Positions 1 to 8,124 are shown, numbered from the stretch's first letter. The stretch is DNA of 38,078 nucleotides from Candidatus Methylomirabilales bacterium (GCA_044451055.1 JBIOJT010000003.1:1-38078); one strand, 5' to 3'. Numbers and translations: made by a program. The notes: a model not told the origin generated them from the sequence alone.

Positions 1-659
1 ATCGCGTCGGCCAACCGCGAGGTGATCAGCCGGATGGCGCGGATGGCATCATCATTGCCCGGGATGGGAAAGTCGATCTCGTCCGGATCGCAGTTCGTGT
101 CCACCACCGCGATCACCGGGATGCCAAGCCGGCGCGCCTCCTGGACGGCGATCCGCTCCTTCTTGGGATCAATGATGAAGACCGCGCCCGGAATCTGCTC
201 CATGGCCTTGATGCCCAACAGGGCATTGTTGAGCTTTTGCATCTCGCGCTCCATCCTGAGGACCTCCTTCTTGGAGAAGGCCTCGAACTTCCCCGTGGCC
301 TGCATATCCTCGAGCGACTTCAGGCGCGAGATGCTCTTGGTGATGGTCTGAAAGTTGGTCAGGGTCCCGCCCAGCCAGCGCCGGTTCACGAAGTACATCC
401 CGGAGCGGGTGGCCTCTTCCTGGATCGTGTCCGCCGCCTGCTTCTTCGTGCCCACGAACAGCACCGCCTCGCCGCGGGCGGCCGCATCGCGCAGGAAGGC
501 GTGCGCCTCCTGGAACATCTTCAGAGTCTTCTGCAAGTCAATGATGTAGATCCCATTCCGCTCCCCGAACAGGTACTTCTTCATCTTGGGGTTCCAGCGC
601 TTAGTCTGGTGCCCGAAATGAACACCGGCCTCCAGCAACTCCTTGATCGTCACCGTCAT
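1..659 (-). CDS. rpsB: 30S ribosomal protein S2 (3' end runs off the window)
   Basis: Not in the ORF track. Manual translation from ATG 659 gives [45 protein letters not shown], the S2 N-terminal signature. AAGGAG RBS upstream. Confidence 0.97.
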   Translation of the reverse strand, partial: MTVTIKELLEAGVHFGHQTKRWNPKMKKYLFGERNGIYIIDLQKTLKMFQEAHAFLRDAAARGEAVLFVGTKKQAADTIQEEATRSGMYFVNRRWLGGTLTNFQTITKSISRLKSLEDMQATGKFEAFSKKEVLRMEREMQKLNNALLGIKAMEQIPGAVFIIDPKKERIAVQEARRLGIPVIAVVDTNCDPDEIDFPIPGNDDAIRAIRLITSRLADA

Positions 660-675
660 TCGCCAGCTCCTTCCG

Positions 676-787
676 TGTGGGTTATTCCGCCGCGCGCCTC
701 AACTTCCATCGGGATCCCGCCCCTCGGCGCGACACCCTCGACGGAATCCGCGCGCGTGTGAAGTGGGTCCGCGCTCAGCGTGGACCC
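676..787 (-). ncRNA. rpsB 5' leader, t44/tff-like structured cis-regulatory RNA
   Basis: Minus strand shows CACAC...GGGTG...GAGGC...TAACCC in the order known for the rpsB leader. Stems: CGCGCG/CGCGCG, TTCCGTC/GATGGAA and a 5' GGGTCC/GGACCC hairpin. Confidence 0.7.
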
Positions 788-793
788 GTTGGC

Positions 794-822
794 GTTATAT
801 CATAGGGACTCACGGGCAGCAA
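794..822 (-). promoter_or_regulatory. sigma70-type promoter for rpsB
   Basis: TTGCTG-17 bp-TATAAC with extended -10 TG, directly before the leader. Confidence 0.65.
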
Positions 823-836
823 GGCCCCCGCCAACT

Positions 837-906
837 GTTCGAGCGTTCGGCTGTTCGGCAGTCCCGCAGTTCGAGGAAACCCCGATCAGCCGAACGGTCG
901 AACGCT
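837..906. repeat. Palindromic 8-bp-unit intergenic element, copy 1
   Basis: GTTCGAGC GTTCGGCT GTTCGGCA GTCCCGCA GTTCGAGG ... AGCCGAAC GGTCGAAC GCT. Confidence 0.85.
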
Positions 907-914
907 TTTTGCCG

Positions 915-2141
915 TCACGACCGATACCCTGCGTTGATCCGCACGTAGCCTTCGGAAAGATCGGTCGTCCACAGGCGCGCCGTCCTGCGGCCCGCATGCA
1001 GGTCCGCTACCAACACGAACTCCCGCTGCCGCAACCGGTGGTTCGCGGCCGCTTCGGCGCTGGATCCGAGACCCACGCCGCGGCGCACCACCGGCAGTTC
1101 GTCCACCGACAGGTCCACCGTCCCGGGGTCGAAGCGAGCGCCGGATCGTCCCAGGGCCGCCAACATCCGCCCCCAGTTGATGTCCTCTCCAAAGAGCGTG
1201 GTCTTGACCAAGGGGGAGGTGGCCACCGCCTCGGCCGCCAAGCGAGCCTCCCTGGTCGTGCGCGCCCCGCTGATCCGGACCTCCACCAGCTTCGTCGCTC
1301 CCTCTCCGTCCCGCACGATCATTTTGGCCAGGCTGAGGCACACCATCTCCAGCCCCACCTGGAACGTCCGGAAGGCGGGCGTGCCTGGGTGCAGCGCCGG
1401 CGTGCCGGAGGCCCCGGTGGCGAAGCACAGCGCCATGTCGTTGGTGCTGGTGTCCCCGTCCACCGTGATGCAGTGAAAGCTCGCATCCACCCCGAGCCGC
1501 AACGCCTTTTGCAGCGATCCCGCCCCCACGCTGGCATCGGTGGCGATCACGGCCAGCATGGTCGCCATCCGCGGGGCGATCATGCCGGATCCCTTGGCCA
1601 TCCCGCCGATCGTCACCCGCCGTTTCCCCACGGCGAAGGTGATGGCGGCCTCCTTGGGAGTGGTGTCCGTGGTGAGGATGGCTTGGGCCGCTCCGTTGCC
1701 TCCAGCGACCTCCAGTCGGGCTACGGCCTCCGCGATCCCCTTCCGGATCGCCTCCATGTCCAGCCGGCGCCCGATGACCCCCGTCGAGGCCACGAAGACG
1801 TGCCCGGCCGGCCGCTTCAGCACCCGCGCGACCTCCAGCGCCGTGGCCTCGGCATCGGTCAGGCCCTGGCGCCCCGTGCAGGCGTTGGCGTTCCCGCTGT
1901 TCAGGACGATGGCCGCGAACTTCCCTCCCCGCAGGTGGCGCCGTGAGAGCTGGACCGGAGCCGCCTGGACCCGATTCGTCGTGAACGTCGCCGCCACCGT
2001 CGCAGGGCCTTCCGACACGACCAGGGCGAGGTCCGGCTGGCCGCCCCGCTTCAATCCGCAGGCGACTCCCGCCGACCGGACTCCCTTGACGGCGGAGATC
2101 CCACCGGGAATCCCGAAAAGGTATGCGTCAGTCCCGCCCAC
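915..2141 (-). CDS. argJ: Glutamate N-acetyltransferase/ornithine acetyltransferase ArgJ
   Basis: Motifs NSGNANACTG, ASTGVIG, GMAKGSGMIAPRMATML, DGDTSTND, RDGEGATK. GGAGG RBS before GTG. Confidence 0.97.
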   Translation of the reverse strand: MGGTDAYLFGIPGGISAVKGVRSAGVACGLKRGGQPDLALVVSEGPATVAATFTTNRVQAAPVQLSRRHLRGGKFAAIVLNSGNANACTGRQGLTDAEATALEVARVLKRPAGHVFVASTGVIGRRLDMEAIRKGIAEAVARLEVAGGNGAAQAILTTDTTPKEAAITFAVGKRRVTIGGMAKGSGMIAPRMATMLAVIATDASVGAGSLQKALRLGVDASFHCITVDGDTSTNDMALCFATGASGTPALHPGTPAFRTFQVGLEMVCLSLAKMIVRDGEGATKLVEVRISGARTTREARLAAEAVATSPLVKTTLFGEDINWGRMLAALGRSGARFDPGTVDLSVDELPVVRRGVGLGSSAEAAANHRLRQREFVLVADLHAGRRTARLWTTDLSEGYVRINAGYRS

Positions 2142-2157
2142 CGTACCTCCTCATACC

Positions 2158-2257
2158 GTTCGGCGGTTCGGTTGTTCGACAGTTCGACGGTTCGGCAGTC
2201 CCGGGGGCCCGGCGGCTAGAACAGCCGAACGGTCGAACGGTCGAACCGTCGAACGCT
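2158..2257. repeat. Palindromic 8-bp-unit intergenic element, copy 2
   Basis: Five GTTCGRNN units plus GTCCCGGG, then five inverted units (GCTAGAAC AGCCGAAC GGTCGAAC GGTCGAAC CGTCGAAC). Confidence 0.9.
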
Positions 2258-2260
2258 CTC

Positions 2261-3328
2261 CTACGGAAACAGCCCCGGGATCCACAATCCGGCTCGCTCG
2301 TCCATCCCGGCCATCAGGTTCAAGCACTGGACGGCCTGCCCGGATGCCCCCTTCACCAGGTTATCGATGGCGGTCACGACGATGACCCGTCCCGTCCGGG
2401 CATCCGAGACGAGCCCGATGTCGCAGAAGTTCGAGTGGAGGACGTGCTTCGTCTCGGGGAGCTGCCCCTCGGCCAGGACGCGCACGAATGGCGCGTCGCG
2501 GTAAAACTTCCGGTAGAGCGCTAAGAGGTCGCCAGCCGCGCGCCGGCTCAGGAGCGAGACCGTGATGGTGGTCAGGATCCCGCGAGTGAGGGGGGCCAGG
2601 TGCGGCGTGAACGAGACCGTGACCTCGCGACCGGCCAGGCGTGAAAGCTCCTGCTCGATCTCAGGGGTGTGCCGGTGGGTGGCCACGCCGTAGGCCTTGA
2701 GGCTCTCGTTCACCTCGGAGTAGTGATACGGCAGCTCGACCTTCCGCCCCGCGCCCGAGACGCCGGAGATGGCGTCGATGATCACGGAGTCCGGATCCAC
2801 CTGGCCCTCGGCGATGAGCGGGGCCAGACCCAGCACCGCGCCGGTGGGATAGCAGCCCGGGACGGCTACCAGTCGCGCCCCCGCGATCTCGGCGCGATGG
2901 AGTTCGGGGAGGCCGTAGGCCGCTTCCTTCAGCAGGTGCGGGGCCACGTGCTCCACCTTGTACCACCGCGGGTAAGCCGCAGCATCCTTCAGCCGGTAAT
3001 CGGCCGACAGATCCAAGACCCGCGTCCCCCGCTGGATCAGGTCCGCGCCCACGGCCATGGAGGTCTTGTGGGGCAGTGCCAGGAAGACGAACTCCGCTTC
3101 GGCCGCCAGCTTGGCCGTATCCAGGGGAAGGCAGGCGAGATCCAGGAACCCGGCCAGGCTGGGAAACACCTTGCCGATGGGCTGGTTCGCATGCGTCTCG
3201 GCGGTGAGGGCGACAACCTTCGCCAGGGGATGCTGGAGGAGGAGCCGGAGCAGTTCCGCCCCCGTATATCCGCTGGCCCCGGCAATGGCCACACGGCGCA
3301 TCCGCTCGTTCTTTCCCACACCCGTCAT
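2261..3328 (-). CDS. argC: N-acetyl-gamma-glutamyl-phosphate reductase
   Basis: GASGYTG, DLSADYR, PGCYPT, SGVSGAGR, HRHTPEI, DNLVKGASGQAVQ. Start set at ATG 3328 (GGGAG RBS); 3337 and 3301 are alternatives. Confidence 0.96.
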   Translation of the reverse strand: MTGVGKNERMRRVAIAGASGYTGAELLRLLLQHPLAKVVALTAETHANQPIGKVFPSLAGFLDLACLPLDTAKLAAEAEFVFLALPHKTSMAVGADLIQRGTRVLDLSADYRLKDAAAYPRWYKVEHVAPHLLKEAAYGLPELHRAEIAGARLVAVPGCYPTGAVLGLAPLIAEGQVDPDSVIIDAISGVSGAGRKVELPYHYSEVNESLKAYGVATHRHTPEIEQELSRLAGREVTVSFTPHLAPLTRGILTTITVSLLSRRAAGDLLALYRKFYRDAPFVRVLAEGQLPETKHVLHSNFCDIGLVSDARTGRVIVVTAIDNLVKGASGQAVQCLNLMAGMDERAGLWIPGLFP

Positions 3329-3420
3329 ATCAGCCACTCCCGCCTGCCGCCAGAGATCTGGTCTCCGCCCCTCGTCATTCGGGGAGAAGAGCCCGGCACG
3401 CGCTCACGCCACCGCAGGCA

Positions 3421-3453
3421 TAAAAAAAGGGAAGAACCCGGAGGCCCTTCCCT
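3421..3453 (-). terminator. Intrinsic terminator after rplM-rpsI
   Basis: GGGAAGGGCC-TCCG-GGTTCTTCCC followed by T7 on the minus strand. Confidence 0.85.
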
Positions 3454-3474
3454 GTTCGTCTCTTGGCAAAACAA

Positions 3475-3870
3475 TTACCGCTTGGAGAACTGGAACCGGG
3501 CCCGCGCGCCCTTCTGACCGTACTTCTTTCGCTCCTTCGCTCGAGGATCGCGCGTGAGCAGACCGGCCTTCTTCAGCGCGGTCCGCATGGTATCGTCCAC
3601 CCGGACCAGGGCCCGTGCGATCCCCAGGCGAATGGCCCCTGCCTGGCCGGTAGAGCCGCCCCCGCTCACACTGGCCATGACGTCGTACTTCCCCTCCTGG
3701 CCGACGACCTTGAGGGGTTGCATCAGGAGCATCTTCAATGTGGGGTGGGTGAAAAACTCGTCCACTGGACGCTCGTTCACCTCGACCCTGCCCTCACCCG
3801 GCCGCAGCCAGACCCGCGCCACGGAACTCTTGCGGCGTCCCGTTCCGTACGCGCGCGATGTTGTTTCCAT
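3475..3870 (-). CDS. rpsI: 30S ribosomal protein S9
   Basis: [43 protein letters not shown]. Confidence 0.98.
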   Translation of the reverse strand: METTSRAYGTGRRKSSVARVWLRPGEGRVEVNERPVDEFFTHPTLKMLLMQPLKVVGQEGKYDVMASVSGGGSTGQAGAIRLGIARALVRVDDTMRTALKKAGLLTRDPRAKERKKYGQKGARARFQFSKR

Positions 3871-3888
3871 GCCTACCTCGTCTCCGAG

Positions 3889-4323
3889 TTACTTCGGGGC
3901 GACCATGGGTGCCGGCCGCTGTGCCGCGTGCGGGTGGGTGGGACCGGCGTACACCTTGAGCTTCCCGAAGAGTGCATCGCCCAGTTTCGTCTTGGGCAGC
4001 ATCCCCCGCACTGCCTTTTCCAGGACGCGCTCCGGCTTCTCCCGCAGCAGCTTGCCCAGCCGGATGGTTTTCAGGCCCCCCGGATGCTGGGAATGGTGGT
4101 GGTATTCCTTCAGGCGAAGCTTCCGGCCGGTCACCGCCACTTTCTCCGCGTTGATGATGACGACGAAGTCCCCCACGTCCGCGTGGGGAGCGAAGACCGG
4201 CTTGTTCTTCCCGCGCAGGATCATGGCCACCCGGCTGGCCAGGCGACCCAGAGTCTGCCCCTGGGCATCCACCAGGACCCACCGGCGGTCGATCTCACCC
4301 GCTTTTGGCTGATACGTCTTCAT
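3889..4323 (-). CDS. rplM: 50S ribosomal protein L13
   Basis: [43 protein letters not shown]. Confidence 0.98.
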   Translation of the reverse strand: MKTYQPKAGEIDRRWVLVDAQGQTLGRLASRVAMILRGKNKPVFAPHADVGDFVVIINAEKVAVTGRKLRLKEYHHHSQHPGGLKTIRLGKLLREKPERVLEKAVRGMLPKTKLGDALFGKLKVYAGPTHPHAAQRPAPMVAPK

Positions 4324-4377
4324 GCAGACACGGACCTCACCGGGAAACAGTTGGAGAATGGCCTCCCGAACCGCGTT

Positions 4378-4406
4378 AAGATATGAACGTGGAGCGATTT
4401 TGTCAA
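4378..4406 (-). promoter_or_regulatory. sigma70-type promoter for rplM-rpsI
   Basis: TTGACA-17 bp-TATCTT. Confidence 0.7.
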
Positions 4407-4584
4407 GGGAAATGTCCCGCTTGTATCGCAGATTCTTCCGGCTCGGAATTCGCGACCTCCTTTACAGGCCTCGGCACGTGGCCTAGACTTCTGCCGCTAG
4501 GTCGTGAGCTACCCGGCCACCTGGTCGAGAAACACTGCCACCGCGCCGCCGCACGGCCAACGCTGAACACGAGGGGGAACAGCC

Positions 4585-5352
4585 ATGCCCACGGAGAAGA
4601 CGGTCTTGTATCGGACGGATGGCCGAATCGCGCGCATCACATTGAACAGGCCCGAGGTCCTGAACGCCGAGGACATGACGTTCCTGGCCGACATGACCGA
4701 GGCCATCCACGCGCTTCGCGACGACCGCGAGGCCAGGGTGGCCATCGTCACCGGTACGGGTCGCGCCTTCTGCTCCGGCGTGGATCTCAAGGCCCTCTCC
4801 AGCGGCCGCATCGATCCCTCGTTTTTCATCGGCCTCGAGCCGCTCTGGGACATCCTGGAGAATTGCGACAAGGCCGTGATCTGCGGCATCCAGAGCTACT
4901 GCCTGGGCGGAGGTCTCCAGATCGCCCTGGCCTGCGACCTGCGGATCGCGGCGGAGGACGCGATCCTGGGACTTCCGGCCGTGAAGGAATGTCTGGTCCC
5001 GGGGCTCGGGCCGTATCGGCTGCCCCGTTTGATCGGGATGGGCCGGGCGCGGGAGCTGCTCCTGCTCGGCGATACGATTGATGCTCGGCGCGCGCTGGAG
5101 ATCGGGTTGGTGAACGAGGTCGTCCCGCGGGTGAATCTGGAGGCAAGGTGTCAGGCGCTCGCGGAACGGTTCCTGACAGTGCCTCGCACGAGCATGGTTC
5201 ACATCAAGCGGCTCTCGAACCTGGCGTTTCAGAGCGACTTCGCCGACTTCATGCGGGCCTACGTCCCGGCGCAGCACGAATGCCTGGCCTCGCCGGAGCA
5301 CCAGGCCGCCATGGCCGCCTACCGCGCCGAGCAGGCGGCCAAAGAGAAGTAG
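4585..5352 (+). CDS. Enoyl-CoA hydratase/isomerase (crotonase) family protein
   Basis: ITLNRPEVLNA, GRAFCSGVDL, GGGLQIALACDLR, GLVNEVV. GAGGGG RBS. Confidence 0.92.
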   Translation: MPTEKTVLYRTDGRIARITLNRPEVLNAEDMTFLADMTEAIHALRDDREARVAIVTGTGRAFCSGVDLKALSSGRIDPSFFIGLEPLWDILENCDKAVICGIQSYCLGGGLQIALACDLRIAAEDAILGLPAVKECLVPGLGPYRLPRLIGMGRARELLLLGDTIDARRALEIGLVNEVVPRVNLEARCQALAERFLTVPRTSMVHIKRLSNLAFQSDFADFMRAYVPAQHECLASPEHQAAMAAYRAEQAAKEK

Positions 5353-5513
5353 AGGCAAATCTGGCAGGCGGGCGTCGCCATGCCGAACCCACCATCCCCG
5401 CGGAGGAGACCACGCGATTAGCTCTCGCGGCGCACCCACCACTTCAGACAGATATCACTGAACGTCGTGCCTCCCTGCATACTGCTATCGCGCCTCCCGC
5501 CACCGCCCCGCCG

Positions 5514-5786
5514 CTACCACCGGCCGACCACGGGCTTGTCTGTCGAATCCCCGCCCCACGAAAGGCACCTGCTGGTGCTCACACACCCATCGAAATGGCC
5601 GTTCCCGGTGAGGTCGAGGTACCAGGTGCCGTTCCGGTAGATCCCGACCTTGGTCTTCCCGTCACCGGTCCAGTCGCCGACGACCACCTGGTCCCCCGCA
5701 TTGCCTCCCCAGGAGAGGCACTTGCTGGTGGTCACACAGCCATCGTAAGTGCCATTCCCGGTGAGGTCGAGGTACCAGGTGCCGTA
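5514..5786 (-). pseudogene. C-terminal remnant of an FG-GAP/VCBS-like repeat protein (probably extracellular)
   Basis: Two 51-aa repeats GTWYLDLTGNG..DGCV.TS.CLSWGG...D..VVG.W. A 31-bp DNA identity links 5602-5632 and 5755-5785. The repeat pattern breaks abruptly at about 5786, with no signal peptide or credible start. Confidence 0.7.
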
Positions 5787-6064
5787 ATGCGGGACGATGT
5801 TGACGGAGTTGACTTTCCGCCATCTGGTGCACACGCCCCCAACGCAGGATGCAGTCGTTTGTGCTGGGGATCAGGCAACCTTATTGCCCAATTCGATTTC
5901 GACCAGAGATTCTCCTTAGGCGTCAAGGCCCTCATCGCCCGACTCGACGCCCTGTTCAAGGGACAGGGCGACGGTGAGCCCGCATCATAAGTCCCCCGCA
6001 AGCCGTCGATCCCAGAATTTCAACTCACAAGCCACCACGATCGGCGAAGGCGCAGCACGCAGGC

Positions 6065-6092
6065 AAAAAACAAAGCCGGGCCCCGGCGCTTT
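6065..6092 (-). terminator. Terminator-like hairpin with U-tract
   Basis: GCCGG-GGC-CCGGC then TTTGTTTTTT on the minus strand. Confidence 0.45.
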
Positions 6093-6162
6093 CGCAGGTC
6101 GCAGGAGGCAGTGGGCAGCCGACTACTGCCAGCGGGCAGTGTGCAGGAGGCAGCAGGCAGCG
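6093..6162. repeat. Degenerate 7-bp tandem array (NGCAGNN x10)
   Basis: CGCAGGT CGCAGGA GGCAGTG GGCAGCC GACTACT GCCAGCG GGCAGTG TGCAGGA GGCAGCA GGCAGCG. Confidence 0.8.
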
Positions 6163-6198
6163 AACTGCTTCAGAGAATCGCGTCTCCGGGAGTAGGTG

Positions 6199-6249
6199 AA
6201 AAAGCAAAACCGGGCCCCAAAGGACTCCTCGGTTCCTTTGGCAGCCCGG
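6199..6249 (-). terminator. Riboswitch expression-platform terminator
   Basis: CCGGGC-TG-CCAAAGGA...TCCTTTGG-G-GCCCGG then TTTTGCTTTTT. The 5' arm overlaps the 3' end of the aptamer. Confidence 0.8.
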
Positions 6250-6320
6250 CTTTCTCAAATTACGTGGGCGAGACCCGCGGCTTTCCGTCCACCCCTCGCG
6301 AGGTGTATGGCCTTTCGGGA
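6236..6320 (-). ncRNA. Cyclic di-GMP-I (GEMM-I) riboswitch
   Basis: Minus strand GAAAGGCCATACACCTC-GCGA-GGGGTGGACGGAAAGCCGCGGGTCTC...GAGAAAGCCGGGCTGCC. It has P2 with a GNRA loop, the GAC/AAAGCC junction and P3 with receptor. Confidence 0.9.
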
Positions 6321-6457
6321 ACTCTCGCTACATCCTGGGCTCCAGTGCTTGTCCTCCTTGCCAGCAGGAAGCTCTCACCCGCCGGTGTTGGCTACTCCGT
6401 CTGTCTCGTGCGCCCGGACTCCGAGAGTGACCCCACTAAATGGATGGGCACAGCCCT

Positions 6458-6500
6458 AAAACAACAACACCCTCTCCGGTCAATTCCGAAGAGGGCGTTG
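6458..6500 (-). terminator. Intrinsic terminator upstream of the riboswitch
   Basis: 15-bp stem CAACGCCCTCTTCGG/CCGGAGAGGGTGTTG followed by TTGTTTT. Its two G-U pairs work only on the minus strand. Confidence 0.75.
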
Positions 6501-6730
6501 AGACTTTCGCGGGGCCGGGGCATCTGCGCTGCCCCCCGTGTCACGGTTGAGGCCGCCTTGGTCCTTTATTCAATTATCGTATATCTACAAGCAACTTCTC
6601 ACGAAGCTCTCCGCCAGGTCAAGAAGGTTTTCCTGACCGCCCTTCCTTGTTGTGAACTACAGACAATCCCCAAACGCATCGCCAGGGACAAGCAGCAAAC
6701 TCACCCGTCTCGGTTTGTGCTTCACGTGGC

Positions 6731-6961
6731 CTACTTCCTGCGGAGCTTAGCGAAAGCCTCGGAAGTGAGATCAAGGTCGCGGAGGATTTGGCGGAGAAGG
6801 CCTCGGCCGATGTCTTCCCGTTTGTGGACAGGGACGATGGTTGCCCGTCCGTCCTCATGCTGCCAAAATGCGTGGCTACCCTTCTGCCGGATGAGGCGGA
6901 ACCCAAGACGGGAGAGGAGAGCTTGCAAGTCGCGCGGAGAGATCGGAGCCAGACGGCTCAT
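6731..6961 (-). CDS. hicA: HicA family mRNA interferase toxin
   Basis: 76 aa, basic. LGFRLIRQKGSH, VPVH, IGRGLLRQIL. Confidence 0.93.
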   Translation of the reverse strand: MSRLAPISPRDLQALLSRLGFRLIRQKGSHAFWQHEDGRATIVPVHKREDIGRGLLRQILRDLDLTSEAFAKLRRK

Positions 6962-7203
6962 GCGGGGATTTCGAGCTGCTGAACACCAACGAACTCGAGG
7001 GCGGGAAGCCTCACTTCTCCGCCGTCCTTGTGGACTTCAAGCCAGAGTTCCACGGCCTCACGGATGCGATGCATCACTTGATCCAACGTCTTTCCCTGTG
7101 TGTGACATCCATTCAGCGTGGGCACTGAGGCGACGTACAACCCGTCCTCGTCGCGCTCCAGAACGACCGTAAAACGCTGCACCTTCTGACGGCTCTTCTT
7201 CAT
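6958..7203 (-). CDS. hicB: HicB family antitoxin (short form)
   Basis: FTVVLERDEDGLYVASVPTLNGCHTQGKTLDQVMHRIREAVELWLE. ATG 7203 with AGGA RBS; ATGA overlap with hicA. Confidence 0.92.
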   Translation of the reverse strand: MKKSRQKVQRFTVVLERDEDGLYVASVPTLNGCHTQGKTLDQVMHRIREAVELWLEVHKDGGEVRLPALEFVGVQQLEIPA

Positions 7204-7265
7204 ATGGGTTCCTCTTGGCCCTTGGCTCCCTCGGGGCAAACGATTCCTGCTCGCAAACGAGTGGA

Positions 7266-7294
7266 ATTCTAACAACCCGCTCCTTTTGTGTCAA
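7266..7294 (-). promoter_or_regulatory. Near-consensus sigma70 promoter for hicBA
   Basis: TTGACA-17 bp-TAGAAT with extended -10 TG. Confidence 0.8.
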
Positions 7295-7334
7295 TTACCG
7301 CCAGGGGCGTGGGTCGCGGTACTCGGCGTTCGGA

Positions 7335-8099
7335 TTACTGATTCCGCTCGAAGAGGATGCGGAGGCCGGTGAGGGTGAGGAGCGGGTCCACGTGGTCCAC
7401 CGCGGTGGACTCGGCGAGCAGCAGTTGGGCCAGGCCGCCCGTCGCGATCGCGGTCGCCCGGCCGCCCAGCTCGACGCGCATGCGGGCCACCACGCCTTCC
7501 ACCAGGCTCAGATAGCCGTAGAAAAGTCCCGCCTGCATGCTGCCCACCGTGTTGCGACCGATGATCACCTTGGGCTGCGTGATATCCACCCGGGGGAGCT
7601 TGGCGGCGTGTTGGAAGAGCGCCTCCGCGGAGATCCCGATGCCCGGACAGATCGCGCCGCCGAGATACTCGCCGCGGGCCGAGATGGCATCGAAGGTCGT
7701 GGCGGTGCCGAAGTCCACGACGATGCACGGTCCCCCGTAGGCCTCGAAGGCCGCCACGGCGTTCACGATCCGGTCGGCTCCCACCTCTCTCGGGGATTCG
7801 TACAGGATGGGCATCCCCGTCTTGATCCCCGGGCCGACGACCATCGGCTCGACGCCGAAATATTGCCGCGCCATCTCCTCCAGCGGACCCTGAAGCGGCG
7901 GGACGACGGAAGAGATGATGAGGGCCGAGACCCGCTGAAAGTCCAGGCCCGCGAAATCGAACACGCCCTTGATGAGCATGGCGTACTCGTCGCGCGTGCC
8001 CTCGCGCCGCGTCGAGAGGCGCCAGTGCCGGAGGAGTACCTTGCCCTCGAAGACGCCGATGACGGTATTCGTGTTGCCTACATCCAGCGCCAGTAACAT
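7335..8099 (-). CDS. coaX: Type III pantothenate kinase
   Basis: MLLALDVGNTNTV, SSVVP, VGADR, VDFGTATT, GGAICPG, ATGG. GGGAGG RBS before ATG 8099. Confidence 0.96.
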   Translation of the reverse strand: MLLALDVGNTNTVIGVFEGKVLLRHWRLSTRREGTRDEYAMLIKGVFDFAGLDFQRVSALIISSVVPPLQGPLEEMARQYFGVEPMVVGPGIKTGMPILYESPREVGADRIVNAVAAFEAYGGPCIVVDFGTATTFDAISARGEYLGGAICPGIGISAEALFQHAAKLPRVDITQPKVIIGRNTVGSMQAGLFYGYLSLVEGVVARMRVELGGRATAIATGGLAQLLLAESTAVDHVDPLLTLTGLRILFERNQ

Positions 8100-8124
8100 G
8101 TTCCTCCCAAGGCGATCATGTCCC

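Noticed and set aside
837-906. LexA/SOS boxes or tRNA T-arm fragments (GTTCG, CGAAC, GTTCGA)
   Set aside because: The spacing fits neither CGAAC-N4-GTTCG nor GTTC-N7-GTTC, and no cloverleaf surrounds the motifs.
2158-2257. CRISPR array interpretation of the GTTCG repeats
   Set aside because: Units are 8 bp with no spacers, the arms are inverted, and there are no cas genes.
6340-6400. yybP-ykoY manganese riboswitch (GGAGTAGCC)
   Set aside because: Only the 5' motif resembles it. The CGTC..CA and GGCGAGACC elements are missing, so it is kept as unidentified.
6590-6620. sigma54 promoter (TGGCGG...TTGCT) on the minus strand
   Set aside because: The GG and GC dinucleotides are not at the required -24/-12 spacing.
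6111-7172. 353-aa plus-strand ORF
   Set aside because: Antisense to hicBA and the riboswitch, with no recognisable domain.
5500-7330. Prophage, IS or integrative element
   Set aside because: No integrase, transposase, tRNA target or flanking direct repeats were seen. It is treated only as a decayed accessory patch.
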